Shown piece by piece: positions 28,427 to 38,447 of a DNA stretch of 64,000 nt (positions are counted from its first letter, which is position 1; every line of letters begins with the position of its first letter). A program made the translations under genes and the position numbers. The stretch is from assembly GCA_000995065.1 (NCBI GenBank), contig LBWX01000003.1, positions 153,284 through 217,283 on the forward strand, written 5' to 3'. This stretch comes from a candidate division CPR2 bacterium GW2011_GWC2_39_35 (GTDB lineage: Bacteria; Patescibacteriota; CPR2). The notes beneath the pieces were generated by a model. It was not told the origin of the DNA and ran no database searches. It saw nothing but the letters and a program-made list of their open reading frames with translations.

Positions 28427-31426
28427 TTATACTTCCGTTAGCGTAAACGGACAGATTTCTTTATAGGCGCACCAGCCACATTCGCCGAATCCCGGGTTTG
28501 CCTCATAGTTATTTGCCTTAATACCGTCCACAACCCTTTTTATTTCGTCCATAACTTTGTTTATATCTTTCTCATTTCTTACCGATTCTCCCACAATTCC
28601 CTTATCAATAAAATCCAACGTTAATTTATCGGGTATCTTACCCTTAGTATTTAAATATGCGAGGGAATAGATGGATAGCTGGCGATTTTTTTTCGCTTTA
28701 TCATTCGCTTTTTCTTTAGACTCCACATCCGAAGTCTTAAAATCCCTGATTTCTACCATCTCCCGGCCTTCATAGATAGCGTCGTAGCGGCCCCGGATCT
28801 TAACATCTAAATCAGGAAGAGCTGCCATAAACCATTCCTCAAGTTTGGTAGGATTTCGCTTTAATTCTTCTTCTCTTTCGAAAAAATTCGCTAACGCCTG
28901 ACGCCCAAATTGAAACCGTTGCTCTTCGTGTTCTCTGGTTACAAATCCCTCTGGATTCCAATTTTCTTCAAACGCCCGCCAAACATCATCCAGATTTACC
29001 TTAAAACCGCCCATTTTCCGGGCAAAATATTCTTCAACCGCTTTATGGATAGCGCTGCCGTAAACCACGGCATGGAAAGTCTTAACCGGCACTTTTAAGA
29101 TATGCAAAAACTCAAATTTTTTAGGGCAAGACAGGTAGTCATCTATCTGATGAGGGCTTAAGGTAAGCTTCCTCTCCGTATAAAATTTCTTTGGAAGCGC
29201 AAAAACCTCTTTAGGCTTTTCAAACTTCCTTATTATTTCCATGTCGGACAATTTATATTTTGCGACATCGACTTCAGGAAGATTTAAAGATTCCAAAACA
29301 AATTGGGAAACTTTTCTTCTTCTGGCGCCACCGTAATCTTCGGCCGACGTTAGATAAAGCTCTTCTTTAGCCCTGGTCATCCCGACATAGTAAAGTCTTC
29401 TTTCTTCCTGGACATGCACATTTCTCTCTTCTCCCTCGGGCAGAGTTTCTTTTACCAGCTCATCCGGAATTTGGATCGGGTCGGACCGCCTATTCGTAGG
29501 GAAATGTCCCGCTACCGAGTTTACCAAGAAAACAATCTTAAACTCTAAACCTTTAGACTTATGAACGGTAAGAATGTTAACGGCCTCTAAATCCGGATCA
29601 ATCTCCGCCGTTGCCGGATCCTCGCCTGCTGCCATTAAGGCTTCGATGTGCGCTTTAAAATTGACCAAATATTTATCTTGAGACACATGCTCGAACTGCA
29701 TTACCCTTTCGAAAAATTTGGAAATATTGGAGACCTTTACCTGAGCCTCCACCACTTCTATCGGCGTTTTATCCTTGTTTCCTTTACCAAGCGCCGCATC
29801 TGCCTTCCCTAATAAGTCCTTTAAATAATCCGTATCTTTTAAAAAAGCATACAAAACCTGGCCCGTGGTGTCCTCCTTGGATAACTCCCGAAATTTTTCG
29901 AGATCCTTAAGAACCCTATCTACTTTTTCTCGAGGCATACTAAAAAGATTGTCTTTTAGTTCTTCGATCTCGTCCGCTTTTCTCATTGACCATTCCAGAG
30001 ACCTTCTTTTTATGCTGGCATATGAGTTAAGAGTTACCAAGTCGGAAACGGGAATCCCATAGATCTCGGAAGCTGCTAAGTGATAAAGAGAAATGGAGTC
30101 CAGGGGATCGACAATTGCTTTTACAAAATTGATCATAAGCCGTATCTCCGGCCGATCGTAAAGACCAGATGACCCATCGAATTTATAAGGAAGACCATAG
30201 CAGGTTAAAGCGCGCATAAAAGGCTCGGCACTCGAATTTTTGCGGACTAAAATAGCAAAATCGTTTAATTCATATCCCTTTTTTAGCTTTTCTTTTATAG
30301 TACCAGCCACTTTGTCAGCTTCGGAGGATAAAGAATCGCAATGAAAATGAGCCGGAATAATGCCGCTACCTTGAGCTTTTAGTTTCTTATCAATACCGTA
30401 TCTGGATTCTAAACGATCGGGGTCATTGTGTTTTACCAAGCGATAAGCGCCATCTAAGATGGGTTGAGTCGAACGATAATTCTGGGTAAGTATTATCTCT
30501 TTGGAGCCTGGATAATGTTTTTTAAAATCTAAAATGTTAGAAATAGCAGCGCCCCGAAAGCGATAAATGCTTTGGTCGTCATCTCCTACGACCGTAATAT
30601 TTCCATTTTCGCCGGCAAGCATCTTTACCAATTCGTTCTGGGCAAAGTTGGTATCCTGAAATTCATCCACTAGAATAAATTTAAACTGCTCTTTGTATTT
30701 TTTTAGGATTTTAGGATTATCCTTAAAAAGCTTAAGGGCAAGATTTATTTGATCGCCAAAATCGAGATAGCCGTTCTCTGCCATAAGCTCCTGATATCTT
30801 TTAAAAGCTTGAGCAATTTCCAGCTGATTTTCCCATTCTTTCTTGTCTTCTTCCAAGACTTCGGAAACCTTTTTGCTGCAAAAATCAACATACGCCTCCG
30901 GATCGATCATCTCGTCTTTGAGTTTAGAAAAGTAAGAGACCAAAGTGTCCACGTGCCTAACAGGACTCGAAAGCGGCATATAGTGCTTTAAGTCAAAAGC
31001 CATTAAGTTATCTTCGAAAAAGACAACTTGCTCCGGACGGGTTAGAACTTTAAAATTTGACGGAAGTCCCAAATCAAGCGCATTTTCTCTTATAATTTTA
31101 TCGCCAAAAGCATGAAAGGTAAGAATCCAAGTATCCACAAAACCGTATGGCACCAGTTTATCTACCCGCTCTTCCATCTCAGCCGCCGCTTTATCGGTAA
31201 AAGTTAAGGCCAAGATCTCCTCCGGCTTCGCTTTTTTTTCGGCAATAAGATAGGCGATGCGATGAGTAATAACACTCGTTTTGCCAGTACCGGCTCCCGC
31301 AATTATAAGAAGCGGTCCTTTAAGATGAAGCACAGCCTCTTTTTGCTCTTTATTAAGATTAGCGAGATCTAGGCTCGATTTCTTTGTTAACACATGAGTA
31401 TTATACGATAAAACATCAAATATCAA
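28427..31426 (-). CDS. ATP-dependent DNA helicase, UvrD/PcrA family, fused to C-terminal RecB/Cas4-like PD-(D/E)XK nuclease with Fe-S Cys cluster
   Basis: 999 aa; Walker A AGAGTGKT near N-terminus, UvrD helicase motifs, C-terminal CGWCAYKEICP cysteine cluster. Confidence 0.8.
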   Translation of the reverse strand: MIFDVLSYNTHVLTKKSSLDLANLNKEQKEAVLHLKGPLLIIAGAGTGKTSVITHRIAYLIAEKKAKPEEILALTFTDKAAAEMEERVDKLVPYGFVDTWILTFHAFGDKIIRENALDLGLPSNFKVLTRPEQVVFFEDNLMAFDLKHYMPLSSPVRHVDTLVSYFSKLKDEMIDPEAYVDFCSKKVSEVLEEDKKEWENQLEIAQAFKRYQELMAENGYLDFGDQINLALKLFKDNPKILKKYKEQFKFILVDEFQDTNFAQNELVKMLAGENGNITVVGDDDQSIYRFRGAAISNILDFKKHYPGSKEIILTQNYRSTQPILDGAYRLVKHNDPDRLESRYGIDKKLKAQGSGIIPAHFHCDSLSSEADKVAGTIKEKLKKGYELNDFAILVRKNSSAEPFMRALTCYGLPYKFDGSSGLYDRPEIRLMINFVKAIVDPLDSISLYHLAASEIYGIPVSDLVTLNSYASIKRRSLEWSMRKADEIEELKDNLFSMPREKVDRVLKDLEKFRELSKEDTTGQVLYAFLKDTDYLKDLLGKADAALGKGNKDKTPIEVVEAQVKVSNISKFFERVMQFEHVSQDKYLVNFKAHIEALMAAGEDPATAEIDPDLEAVNILTVHKSKGLEFKIVFLVNSVAGHFPTNRRSDPIQIPDELVKETLPEGEERNVHVQEERRLYYVGMTRAKEELYLTSAEDYGGARRRKVSQFVLESLNLPEVDVAKYKLSDMEIIRKFEKPKEVFALPKKFYTERKLTLSPHQIDDYLSCPKKFEFLHILKVPVKTFHAVVYGSAIHKAVEEYFARKMGGFKVNLDDVWRAFEENWNPEGFVTREHEEQRFQFGRQALANFFEREEELKRNPTKLEEWFMAALPDLDVKIRGRYDAIYEGREMVEIRDFKTSDVESKEKANDKAKKNRQLSIYSLAYLNTKGKIPDKLTLDFIDKGIVGESVRNEKDINKVMDEIKRVVDGIKANNYEANPGFGECGWCAYKEICPFTLTEV

Positions 31427-31629
31427 AACTCAAAGATCAAGGAACAAAATACAGATTAAAAGATTTAAAAATTTCTAATTTCTAATTGCTCTAATTTCTA
31501 ATCAATAACTAATACCAAAATGTCTAATTTATCACCCTCACTTTAACCCTCTCCATCTAAAGCAGAGGAATGTTTAGTCATTCTTGAATTGGGTATTTTT
31601 TAGGTCAATTAGGTCAATTAGAAATTTAA

Positions 31630-33777
31630 CTAGCTTGGTAATTTAAAAACTTTCTTACCAACTAAAACGTAAATATTTCCGCTAGCATCGGAAGTAAGAC
31701 TGGTGATCCCCTTAAAGGATTCCGAGGTCATTTGTTTTACAAAATTACCGCTTTTGTCAAAAACTAAAATTTTAGAGCTTACTTCATCAAAAATATAGAT
31801 ATTGCTTAAAGATTCGGAGGTATAAATAAGCTTTGGTTTTTCCATCTTAGGAGAGCCTTTTAATGAAAAATCCTGTTTCTTACCAGTACTAAATTTACTT
31901 ACCTGGCCATCATTTAATAAAACGTAGATGCTGCTGTCTATAGTTAAGGAAATTCCATCTCGAAGACTCAAATTCTCCTGGAAATAAGGAGTCGGCTTTG
32001 TAAAGCCATCAACTATTCTTTGATGCTTATAAATCTGACCGTCATCACCTAAAACATAAATATTTGAATAATAAGCTATCATGTCCTTCGCCTTATACCA
32101 TTCTCCTACTGGGAGTGATTGTCTTTTTATTTCTTTCCCCGAAAAACCATAAACCATTGGCTCAGCAGTCATAAACACAATTGTACCATCTTCTAAAATA
32201 TCGGCGCCTAGAGTATCGGTCGAAGAGTTATCTGTAAATACCACATCTTTGCTTTGAATAGCTACTTTGCCAACCCCAGCTTCAGAAATTAGATAAAAAT
32301 TTTTGCTGCCGTAAACAATCTTATCAAACTGCTTATCAAGAGCGAGCATCTCTTCAGGATTTACTTTAACAATGCCGTCTATTTGATCTAAGATATCTTG
32401 GAGTTTTTGTCTTAAGGTTTTGATCTCTTCGGAAAATTGATCCTTAAACTTAGAATTTTCTACTTTTTCGATAGCCTCTCTGGCTTTATCTAGGTCCGCT
32501 TTACCACCGTTTTTATCTCCTGCAATAATTTTCGTTAAAGCATCATTTTCTTTTGCGGCAGCATCGCTTAGATATACTTGATAGATTTCGTTATTTTCCT
32601 CAGGCTGCTTTTTTTCTTTCGACAAGAAATTTGACCCAATAAATAAAAATGCAGCAATCCCGACTCCGTAAATTCCAATCTTTAAGTAATCCTTTTTGAT
32701 GTATTTAAGACCGGGTAAAAATCTTTTAAAAGAGATGTTTTTCTTGCGCATTTTAACAGACATAGGGAATACGGACGCCTGATTAGAATTACGATTTGTC
32801 GTCCTATTTCTAGCCATATGCTCTCTTTTTGCTTTGGCTTTTTCAGTCGCCTTACCGGCAACTTTAGCAATTTTTATTTTTACGTGACCAAATCTTTCCT
32901 TTATATTCTTTCCCATTTTTAAGGCATCTTTGGATTTATGAGCCACTTTGTCGATAAGTGGCGACGCACTTGTAACCACCGATTCGGTAACGTTTTTTGG
33001 TTCGTCTAACCAAAATTCGTCCTGAAAATCCAAAGTGTCATTGGCTAAAGCCTCCGGATCAGTAATCTCTAAAACCATAAAAGAAAGTCTATTCTGAGAC
33101 TTTACATCTTCTAAAATATTATAAAATGTATTTACAGCTACCGAAGGCGTATGCTGAATGAGCTCATTTTTTAACTCTTCCTTTGAGATATTGTAGTTAA
33201 GACTTGGGGTAAAAAAGACTAATTTGTCTCCTCTATCTACCGAGCCACTCGCAATATTTACAAATGTCTTTAGGGGATGAAGCGCCCCTTTTGGCGATAG
33301 TCCTTCGGTGATCTGAATAAAATTCTTTTTCCTAAGTAGATGGGCTTGGGCTCCGCCAGTTTGGGTCACATGAAGCTCTTTTTCTCTTAAAACTGCAATA
33401 ACAGCACTTAACTTTCCAAGCCACGCAATTTTTCCATCTTCTGCTGCCTCAACTAAGGCCTCGTTCACTCTCCCTAAAGCGTATTCAAAACGGGGCAGCG
33501 CTTCTTGCTTATTGCTTTCATAATAGGCTTCTTTGACTGAATCCAAAACAATCTCGGCAATAACTTTCGAGCTTTCTGCATTTCCCAAGATTTCAATGAC
33601 GCCAAAAATACTGCCTTTATCCTTGTTTGCCTCTTTGTCCGGATGATATTCATAAGCATAAGCAAACCCAGGGGCATTTTTCTTGTGAGCCGATTGAATT
33701 TTTATCGTCCTTAAAATCAATTTTCTTTTCACTTGAATATTTGCCTTTATCTTCAAGTTATGATACACAAATAACAC
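31630..33777 (-). CDS. membrane protein with N-terminal PP2C/PPM-like (possibly degenerate) domain, single TM, C-terminal beta-propeller (NHL/YVTN-like repeats)
   Basis: 715 aa; PPM-like blocks GSIFGVIEILGNAESS and TQTGGAQAHLLRK, TM IGIYGVGIAAFLFIG, repeated IYVL..DG..K motifs at C-terminus. Confidence 0.5.
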   Translation of the reverse strand: MLFVYHNLKIKANIQVKRKLILRTIKIQSAHKKNAPGFAYAYEYHPDKEANKDKGSIFGVIEILGNAESSKVIAEIVLDSVKEAYYESNKQEALPRFEYALGRVNEALVEAAEDGKIAWLGKLSAVIAVLREKELHVTQTGGAQAHLLRKKNFIQITEGLSPKGALHPLKTFVNIASGSVDRGDKLVFFTPSLNYNISKEELKNELIQHTPSVAVNTFYNILEDVKSQNRLSFMVLEITDPEALANDTLDFQDEFWLDEPKNVTESVVTSASPLIDKVAHKSKDALKMGKNIKERFGHVKIKIAKVAGKATEKAKAKREHMARNRTTNRNSNQASVFPMSVKMRKKNISFKRFLPGLKYIKKDYLKIGIYGVGIAAFLFIGSNFLSKEKKQPEENNEIYQVYLSDAAAKENDALTKIIAGDKNGGKADLDKAREAIEKVENSKFKDQFSEEIKTLRQKLQDILDQIDGIVKVNPEEMLALDKQFDKIVYGSKNFYLISEAGVGKVAIQSKDVVFTDNSSTDTLGADILEDGTIVFMTAEPMVYGFSGKEIKRQSLPVGEWYKAKDMIAYYSNIYVLGDDGQIYKHQRIVDGFTKPTPYFQENLSLRDGISLTIDSSIYVLLNDGQVSKFSTGKKQDFSLKGSPKMEKPKLIYTSESLSNIYIFDEVSSKILVFDKSGNFVKQMTSESFKGITSLTSDASGNIYVLVGKKVFKLPS

Positions 33778-33930
33778 CTATTTTGCAAATCAGGGAATGG
33801 AAACCGGTATCTGGTATAAGAATTTAGTATAGAGTATTTAGAAAATGCTTTATTTATTAGCAAAAAAATTGATGGCATATAGAATTCCCGCTCAAAATAC
33901 GCTATAATCAAGTTGTAATGGAGAAAAAAA

Positions 33931-34923
33931 ATGAAAAGAATTTTAACGGGAGACAGACCAACTGGAAAACTTCATATTGGCCATTTAATCGGATCTCTAG
34001 GAAATAGGATTAAGCTTCAGAACGAGTACGATACTTTTATTATAGTCGCCGATTTTCAGGTGCTTACAGACCGCAAAGATACCGCAAAGATAGAAGAAAA
34101 TATTATCGAAATAACCAAGGATTATCTGGCCGCCGGCATTGATCCTAAAAAAACCACCATTTTTATTCAATCGCATATTCCAGCCCTTTCAGAGTTATAC
34201 CAAATTTTATCAAATGTAGTTACTGTCTCTAGGGTTAAAAGAAACCCAACTGTAAAAGAAGAATTAAAAGCGGCTCATATAGATGAAGCTAACATGTCCC
34301 TTGCCATGTTTTCTTATCCCGTTTCTCAGGCTGCGGATATCTTAGGCTTTAAGGCAAACTTAGTGCCGGTAGGCGAAGACCAAATCCCCCACATCGAACA
34401 AACAAGAGAAGTAGCGAGAACGTTTAATAAAACTTATGGCGCAGTTTTTCCTGAACCGGAAGCCCTTCTTTCTCCAGCCCCCAGAATTTTAGGACTGGAT
34501 GGAAAAGCCAAGATGAGTAAATCCCTAGGCAACACCATTATGCTTTCCGATACCCCAGACGAAATTAGAAGTAAATTTAAAAAAGCCGTTACCGACTCGG
34601 GCCGAGAAATTTATTTTGATAAAGAGCATAAACCGGAAATTTCTAATCTCCTCACTATTTTTAGTTTCTTTAGCGCCAAGAAAATAAGCGAACTTGAAAA
34701 AGAGTTTAAAGAGGCAAGCTATAGCGAATTTAAAGCTGCTATCGCCGAGGAATTGGTAGATAAACTTTCGGAACTACAAAAGAAAAGAACCGAAATTTCC
34801 GAATCAGAGGTAAAAGAAGTTCTTAAAAAGGGCACGTTAAAGTCCGCCGAAATCGTTAACGACACTCTAAAAGAAGTCCGAAAAACAATGCAGCTGGATT
34901 ACCCAAAAATATTTGGCTCTTAA
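33931..34923 (+). CDS. trpS: tryptophanyl-tRNA synthetase
   Basis: 330 aa; TGDRPTGKLHIGH (HIGH) and KMSKS motifs. Confidence 0.9.
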   Translation: MKRILTGDRPTGKLHIGHLIGSLGNRIKLQNEYDTFIIVADFQVLTDRKDTAKIEENIIEITKDYLAAGIDPKKTTIFIQSHIPALSELYQILSNVVTVSRVKRNPTVKEELKAAHIDEANMSLAMFSYPVSQAADILGFKANLVPVGEDQIPHIEQTREVARTFNKTYGAVFPEPEALLSPAPRILGLDGKAKMSKSLGNTIMLSDTPDEIRSKFKKAVTDSGREIYFDKEHKPEISNLLTIFSFFSAKKISELEKEFKEASYSEFKAAIAEELVDKLSELQKKRTEISESEVKEVLKKGTLKSAEIVNDTLKEVRKTMQLDYPKIFGS

Positions 34924-34928
34924 AATAA

Positions 34929-36353
34929 ATGAACCATAAGGCTTTGGAAAAATCATCATTTAAGCTAGGCAAACTTTTAACTTACTTTTTTATTGCATGC
35001 ATAACGGTTATTACGGCTATGCTTCTTTATTTATCTTTTTTTAAACCCCTCGAACAAGACGAGGGTGTTTTTTTGACTATTGCCAATGGGATTGTAGAAG
35101 GAAAATCCCCATACCAAGATTATTTTGATCACAAGCCTCCCGGCATTTATTTTCTTTTAGCTTCAGCAGTCTATTTGTCAGAGAATACTGCTCTTATGGC
35201 AAAAGGGATCCTCTTTTTCTTTAACTTTATCTCGTCGTTTTTAATCTTTAAAATTGCGAATGAGTACAAAAAAGGTTCTGGTTTTTTGGCTTCAGTTCTT
35301 TTTTTGTTTAGTGCTACTTTTTTTGAAACAAATCATATTATCGCCGAACCTTTTATGGTTACCTTCTTGCTCTTAGCTTTCTTGCTTATGCTTGAATGGA
35401 CGAACAAAAATGAACGCAAATACCTTGTTGGATCCGGATTGATGGTTGGACTTGCCGTTCTATTTAAACAAACCGCAATTGTCAATTTATTTATCTTTAT
35501 CCCATTTATTTACTTTGCAAAGAAAAAAATTTCTGATCTTGGCTATTTTATTTTTGGTACTATTATCGTTTGTTTTCCTTTTCTAATTTATCTCTTGAGT
35601 AAAAAAGTTGTTCAAGAAGCCATAAATCAGATTATTACCGTTAATTTTACTAGCTATCCCAAAGAAAACATGTCTATGGTATTTAATAACTTGGCGCCTC
35701 CTTTTAAAAAAACACTACCAATTTGGATCCTTTTTCTGGCCTTTGTCTTTTCTAAAGGGAAAAATATTGATCAAAAAAAATTGCTTCTTATTATTTCGGC
35801 TCTTGCACCAATGCCGTTTCTCTTAGTCCGTCATTATCCTCATTATTGGTTGCAAATAATGCCTTTTATAGCTATTGCAGCAGCCATCAGTCTAGATAGC
35901 CTCATTGGGTTTAAATCATCAAAAACATGGTTAAACTTGTTTAGGGTAGCAGTGCTTTCGATTATTGCTTTAAGTTTTTTTACCAATTTTAAGTGGTTTT
36001 ATTGGATGGCGAAAAACGTAGACCAACCAAAGCTAAAAGCAGAAAAAGAGGCCGCCAAAATGTTAAAGGAATTACCGCAAAAAAACATCCTTGCCGAAAA
36101 CCAATTCACCGGTTTTTATCTCCTCTCCGAAAAAGAAGCTCTAACTAAATATCTTTATATTACTGAAGTGAATGAAAAAGAAGCTGCCGAAGAAAAAACG
36201 ATTGAAATCCTAAAAAACAATAAGGATACAATAATTGTGTGGCCCAAGGACTTAAAATATACCTATGCCAAAAAGTTGCAAAACTACATTATCCAGCATT
36301 ACCAGCCTAAAAAAGAATTTTCGCAGTTGGGAATGATTATATACCAAAATTAG
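34929..36353 (+). CDS. GT-C fold membrane glycosyltransferase (ArnT/PMT family 39-like)
   Basis: 474 aa, >10 TM segments; N-terminal loop with DE motif (EQDEG) typical of GT-C enzymes. Confidence 0.6.
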   Translation: MNHKALEKSSFKLGKLLTYFFIACITVITAMLLYLSFFKPLEQDEGVFLTIANGIVEGKSPYQDYFDHKPPGIYFLLASAVYLSENTALMAKGILFFFNFISSFLIFKIANEYKKGSGFLASVLFLFSATFFETNHIIAEPFMVTFLLLAFLLMLEWTNKNERKYLVGSGLMVGLAVLFKQTAIVNLFIFIPFIYFAKKKISDLGYFIFGTIIVCFPFLIYLLSKKVVQEAINQIITVNFTSYPKENMSMVFNNLAPPFKKTLPIWILFLAFVFSKGKNIDQKKLLLIISALAPMPFLLVRHYPHYWLQIMPFIAIAAAISLDSLIGFKSSKTWLNLFRVAVLSIIALSFFTNFKWFYWMAKNVDQPKLKAEKEAAKMLKELPQKNILAENQFTGFYLLSEKEALTKYLYITEVNEKEAAEEKTIEILKNNKDTIIVWPKDLKYTYAKKLQNYIIQHYQPKKEFSQLGMIIYQN

Positions 36354-36364
36354 AGATTCAGCAT

Positions 36365-38446
36365 TTACCTTACCACTATCCCCGTGTTTCCAAACCAGCT
36401 CCACTTGGCCGCAAACGTATTAACATCAAAAGTTTTTGACGGATAACCATAACCAGAGTCATTTACCACAAAAGATGTCGGATTCTGAACCGTTCCGGTA
36501 AAGCCTTTTACAACCTGAACATGCATCGAGTTCACCGCCCTTATCGCTCGCCCGTTATTTTGCCACGTAACTTCGTAAGCCGGCCAAACGCCATTTACCC
36601 ACCATATAATAATCGGGTTTCCGTTGGCAATTTCCTGGGCAATTCCCTGAACTGTCCAACTTTGTTTTACTTCGACAGTCCGGTATTTAGACAAAGCCTT
36701 GGCTACCGGGTCCCAATGCGATCCATAACCCCAGCCCGGAGCTGTATTGCCGTCGATATCCCCCACAAAAGCGGCATTTGGGTCGCCCCAAGTAGCGTTA
36801 GCATCTCGCCAAGTTCCCGACCAAGTTGTCGGATCGTAACCCATCAGACCAACAAATTCTAGCTCGCCCACAGAAAGGCCCCGGTAGGAAAGTGCGTCTC
36901 TGGCAGCCGCCGCCATGCACGTATAAAGATGACTCTGCCTGTAAGAAGGAATGTTTAAAACAATAGATTGCTCCTTCGTTGTAAAAATTGCGCTAAATGC
37001 CTGAATTGAATCTAAACCATAAACTGCTTTTACGCCGGAACCAATAGATACCGCATAATTTTGACTGTATAAAAAACCACCATGCGAAAACACCATCGTA
37101 TTTCCATTCCAGCTAAAGCTTCCGTCTACTTTTGGCGTTAAAGCAAAACTGTCTTCGGCTGATTTATGATCCACCGCCTGATTAAAAGTAATTGAGATTT
37201 TAGTTCCGATGTCGACATTCCGAGCGCTATTTGCCGGATAAAAACCGGAGACAGTAACATAACCGATTGTAGTAAATGAATAAGAAAGACCGCTCTCAAA
37301 TAAGCTTTCATCGGCCGCCTTAGCCTCTTTAGAAATAGAAACAGTGTATTGGGTATTCTTTTCCAATGGGTTTTTGGGTAGAAACTTTAGAAGCCGATTC
37401 CCTTCCCAGCTAAAACCGCCATCCGCTTTCGGGGTCAAGCTAAAAGCTTTCTCCGTAGCTTCCTTATTCATGTCTTGTTTAAATTCGACTTGAATGTTGC
37501 TATTTGCCAAAACACCGCTACCGGTTGGCGAGTAAGAACTAACACCGGGCGCATCAATGGTTCTAAAAGAACTCTTACCTACTTCTTGTTTCTCGCTTAA
37601 AACACGAGTTTTTTTAGTATTATAATTATATACCGTAAGCGTCCTTAAAACCGTCAATGTATAATCTGTTCCTTTGGACAAATTTGACTTTGGCTTAAGG
37701 ATATATTTGAGGCCATCCTCCGCTACTTCTAGTTCTGCTGGCGGGCTTAATTCGAAAGAAAACTGAGCCAACTCATTATGAGACACATCTGTTAAGATAA
37801 CAATCTCCTGTTTTGGCAGTACCCCTTGAACACCGTTTGCTGGCTCTACAGCGGTAACTTTAGGTATGGGAGAAGTGAGAAAACTAAATAAATAATTCTC
37901 TTTTTTAACTCCGACAATATTTCTGATTTCTGTTAAAGACACTGTGTACCTTGTCTCCATTTCCGGGGTTTCTATCGGAATAAAACTTAAAGCACTTGAT
38001 CCGCTGTAAAGGTTAGTCTTAAAGTTCCAATTTCCTCCAAGCTCCGGACTGATCGAATATTTAAGATTTTCTTTACGAATAGGGCGATCAAAATTGATCA
38101 CTAATGGCTTGTCCTTAGTCACTTCTGTAACACCTAGAGCAGGTTCGCTTGGAAAAACTACCTTAGGTTGAGGCACTACAATACCAGCAACTAAGCCCGC
38201 AAACCCCAGAAAAAGCCCGATATTAATATATAATTTCACGTTAACCAAAAGATAAAGAAAAATACGAAGAAAATATTTAACGCGGTACAAAAGGCTAAAG
38301 TTGGCATCAAGCTCCGGCTTTTTAATCTGCTTTAACCAATTTAATAAAAGTAAAGCATTATAAATAACCATAAGAGACATAATAATAAGAAGAGAAATTT
38401 TTAGAAAGTTGGGGTTTAACAAAAATTTAAATAACTCTTTTAGCAT
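36365..38446 (-). CDS. exported protein with tandem Ig-like (SbsA-type) domains and C-terminal C39-like papain-fold cysteine peptidase domain
   Basis: 693 aa; N-terminal TM, repeated TPKADGGFSWEGN / TPKVDGSFSWNGN modules, C-terminal QSHLYTCMAAAARDAL ... HVQVVKG Cys/His arrangement. Confidence 0.55.
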   Translation of the reverse strand: MLKELFKFLLNPNFLKISLLIIMSLMVIYNALLLLNWLKQIKKPELDANFSLLYRVKYFLRIFLYLLVNVKLYINIGLFLGFAGLVAGIVVPQPKVVFPSEPALGVTEVTKDKPLVINFDRPIRKENLKYSISPELGGNWNFKTNLYSGSSALSFIPIETPEMETRYTVSLTEIRNIVGVKKENYLFSFLTSPIPKVTAVEPANGVQGVLPKQEIVILTDVSHNELAQFSFELSPPAELEVAEDGLKYILKPKSNLSKGTDYTLTVLRTLTVYNYNTKKTRVLSEKQEVGKSSFRTIDAPGVSSYSPTGSGVLANSNIQVEFKQDMNKEATEKAFSLTPKADGGFSWEGNRLLKFLPKNPLEKNTQYTVSISKEAKAADESLFESGLSYSFTTIGYVTVSGFYPANSARNVDIGTKISITFNQAVDHKSAEDSFALTPKVDGSFSWNGNTMVFSHGGFLYSQNYAVSIGSGVKAVYGLDSIQAFSAIFTTKEQSIVLNIPSYRQSHLYTCMAAAARDALSYRGLSVGELEFVGLMGYDPTTWSGTWRDANATWGDPNAAFVGDIDGNTAPGWGYGSHWDPVAKALSKYRTVEVKQSWTVQGIAQEIANGNPIIIWWVNGVWPAYEVTWQNNGRAIRAVNSMHVQVVKGFTGTVQNPTSFVVNDSGYGYPSKTFDVNTFAAKWSWFGNTGIVVR

Positions 38447-38447
38447 T

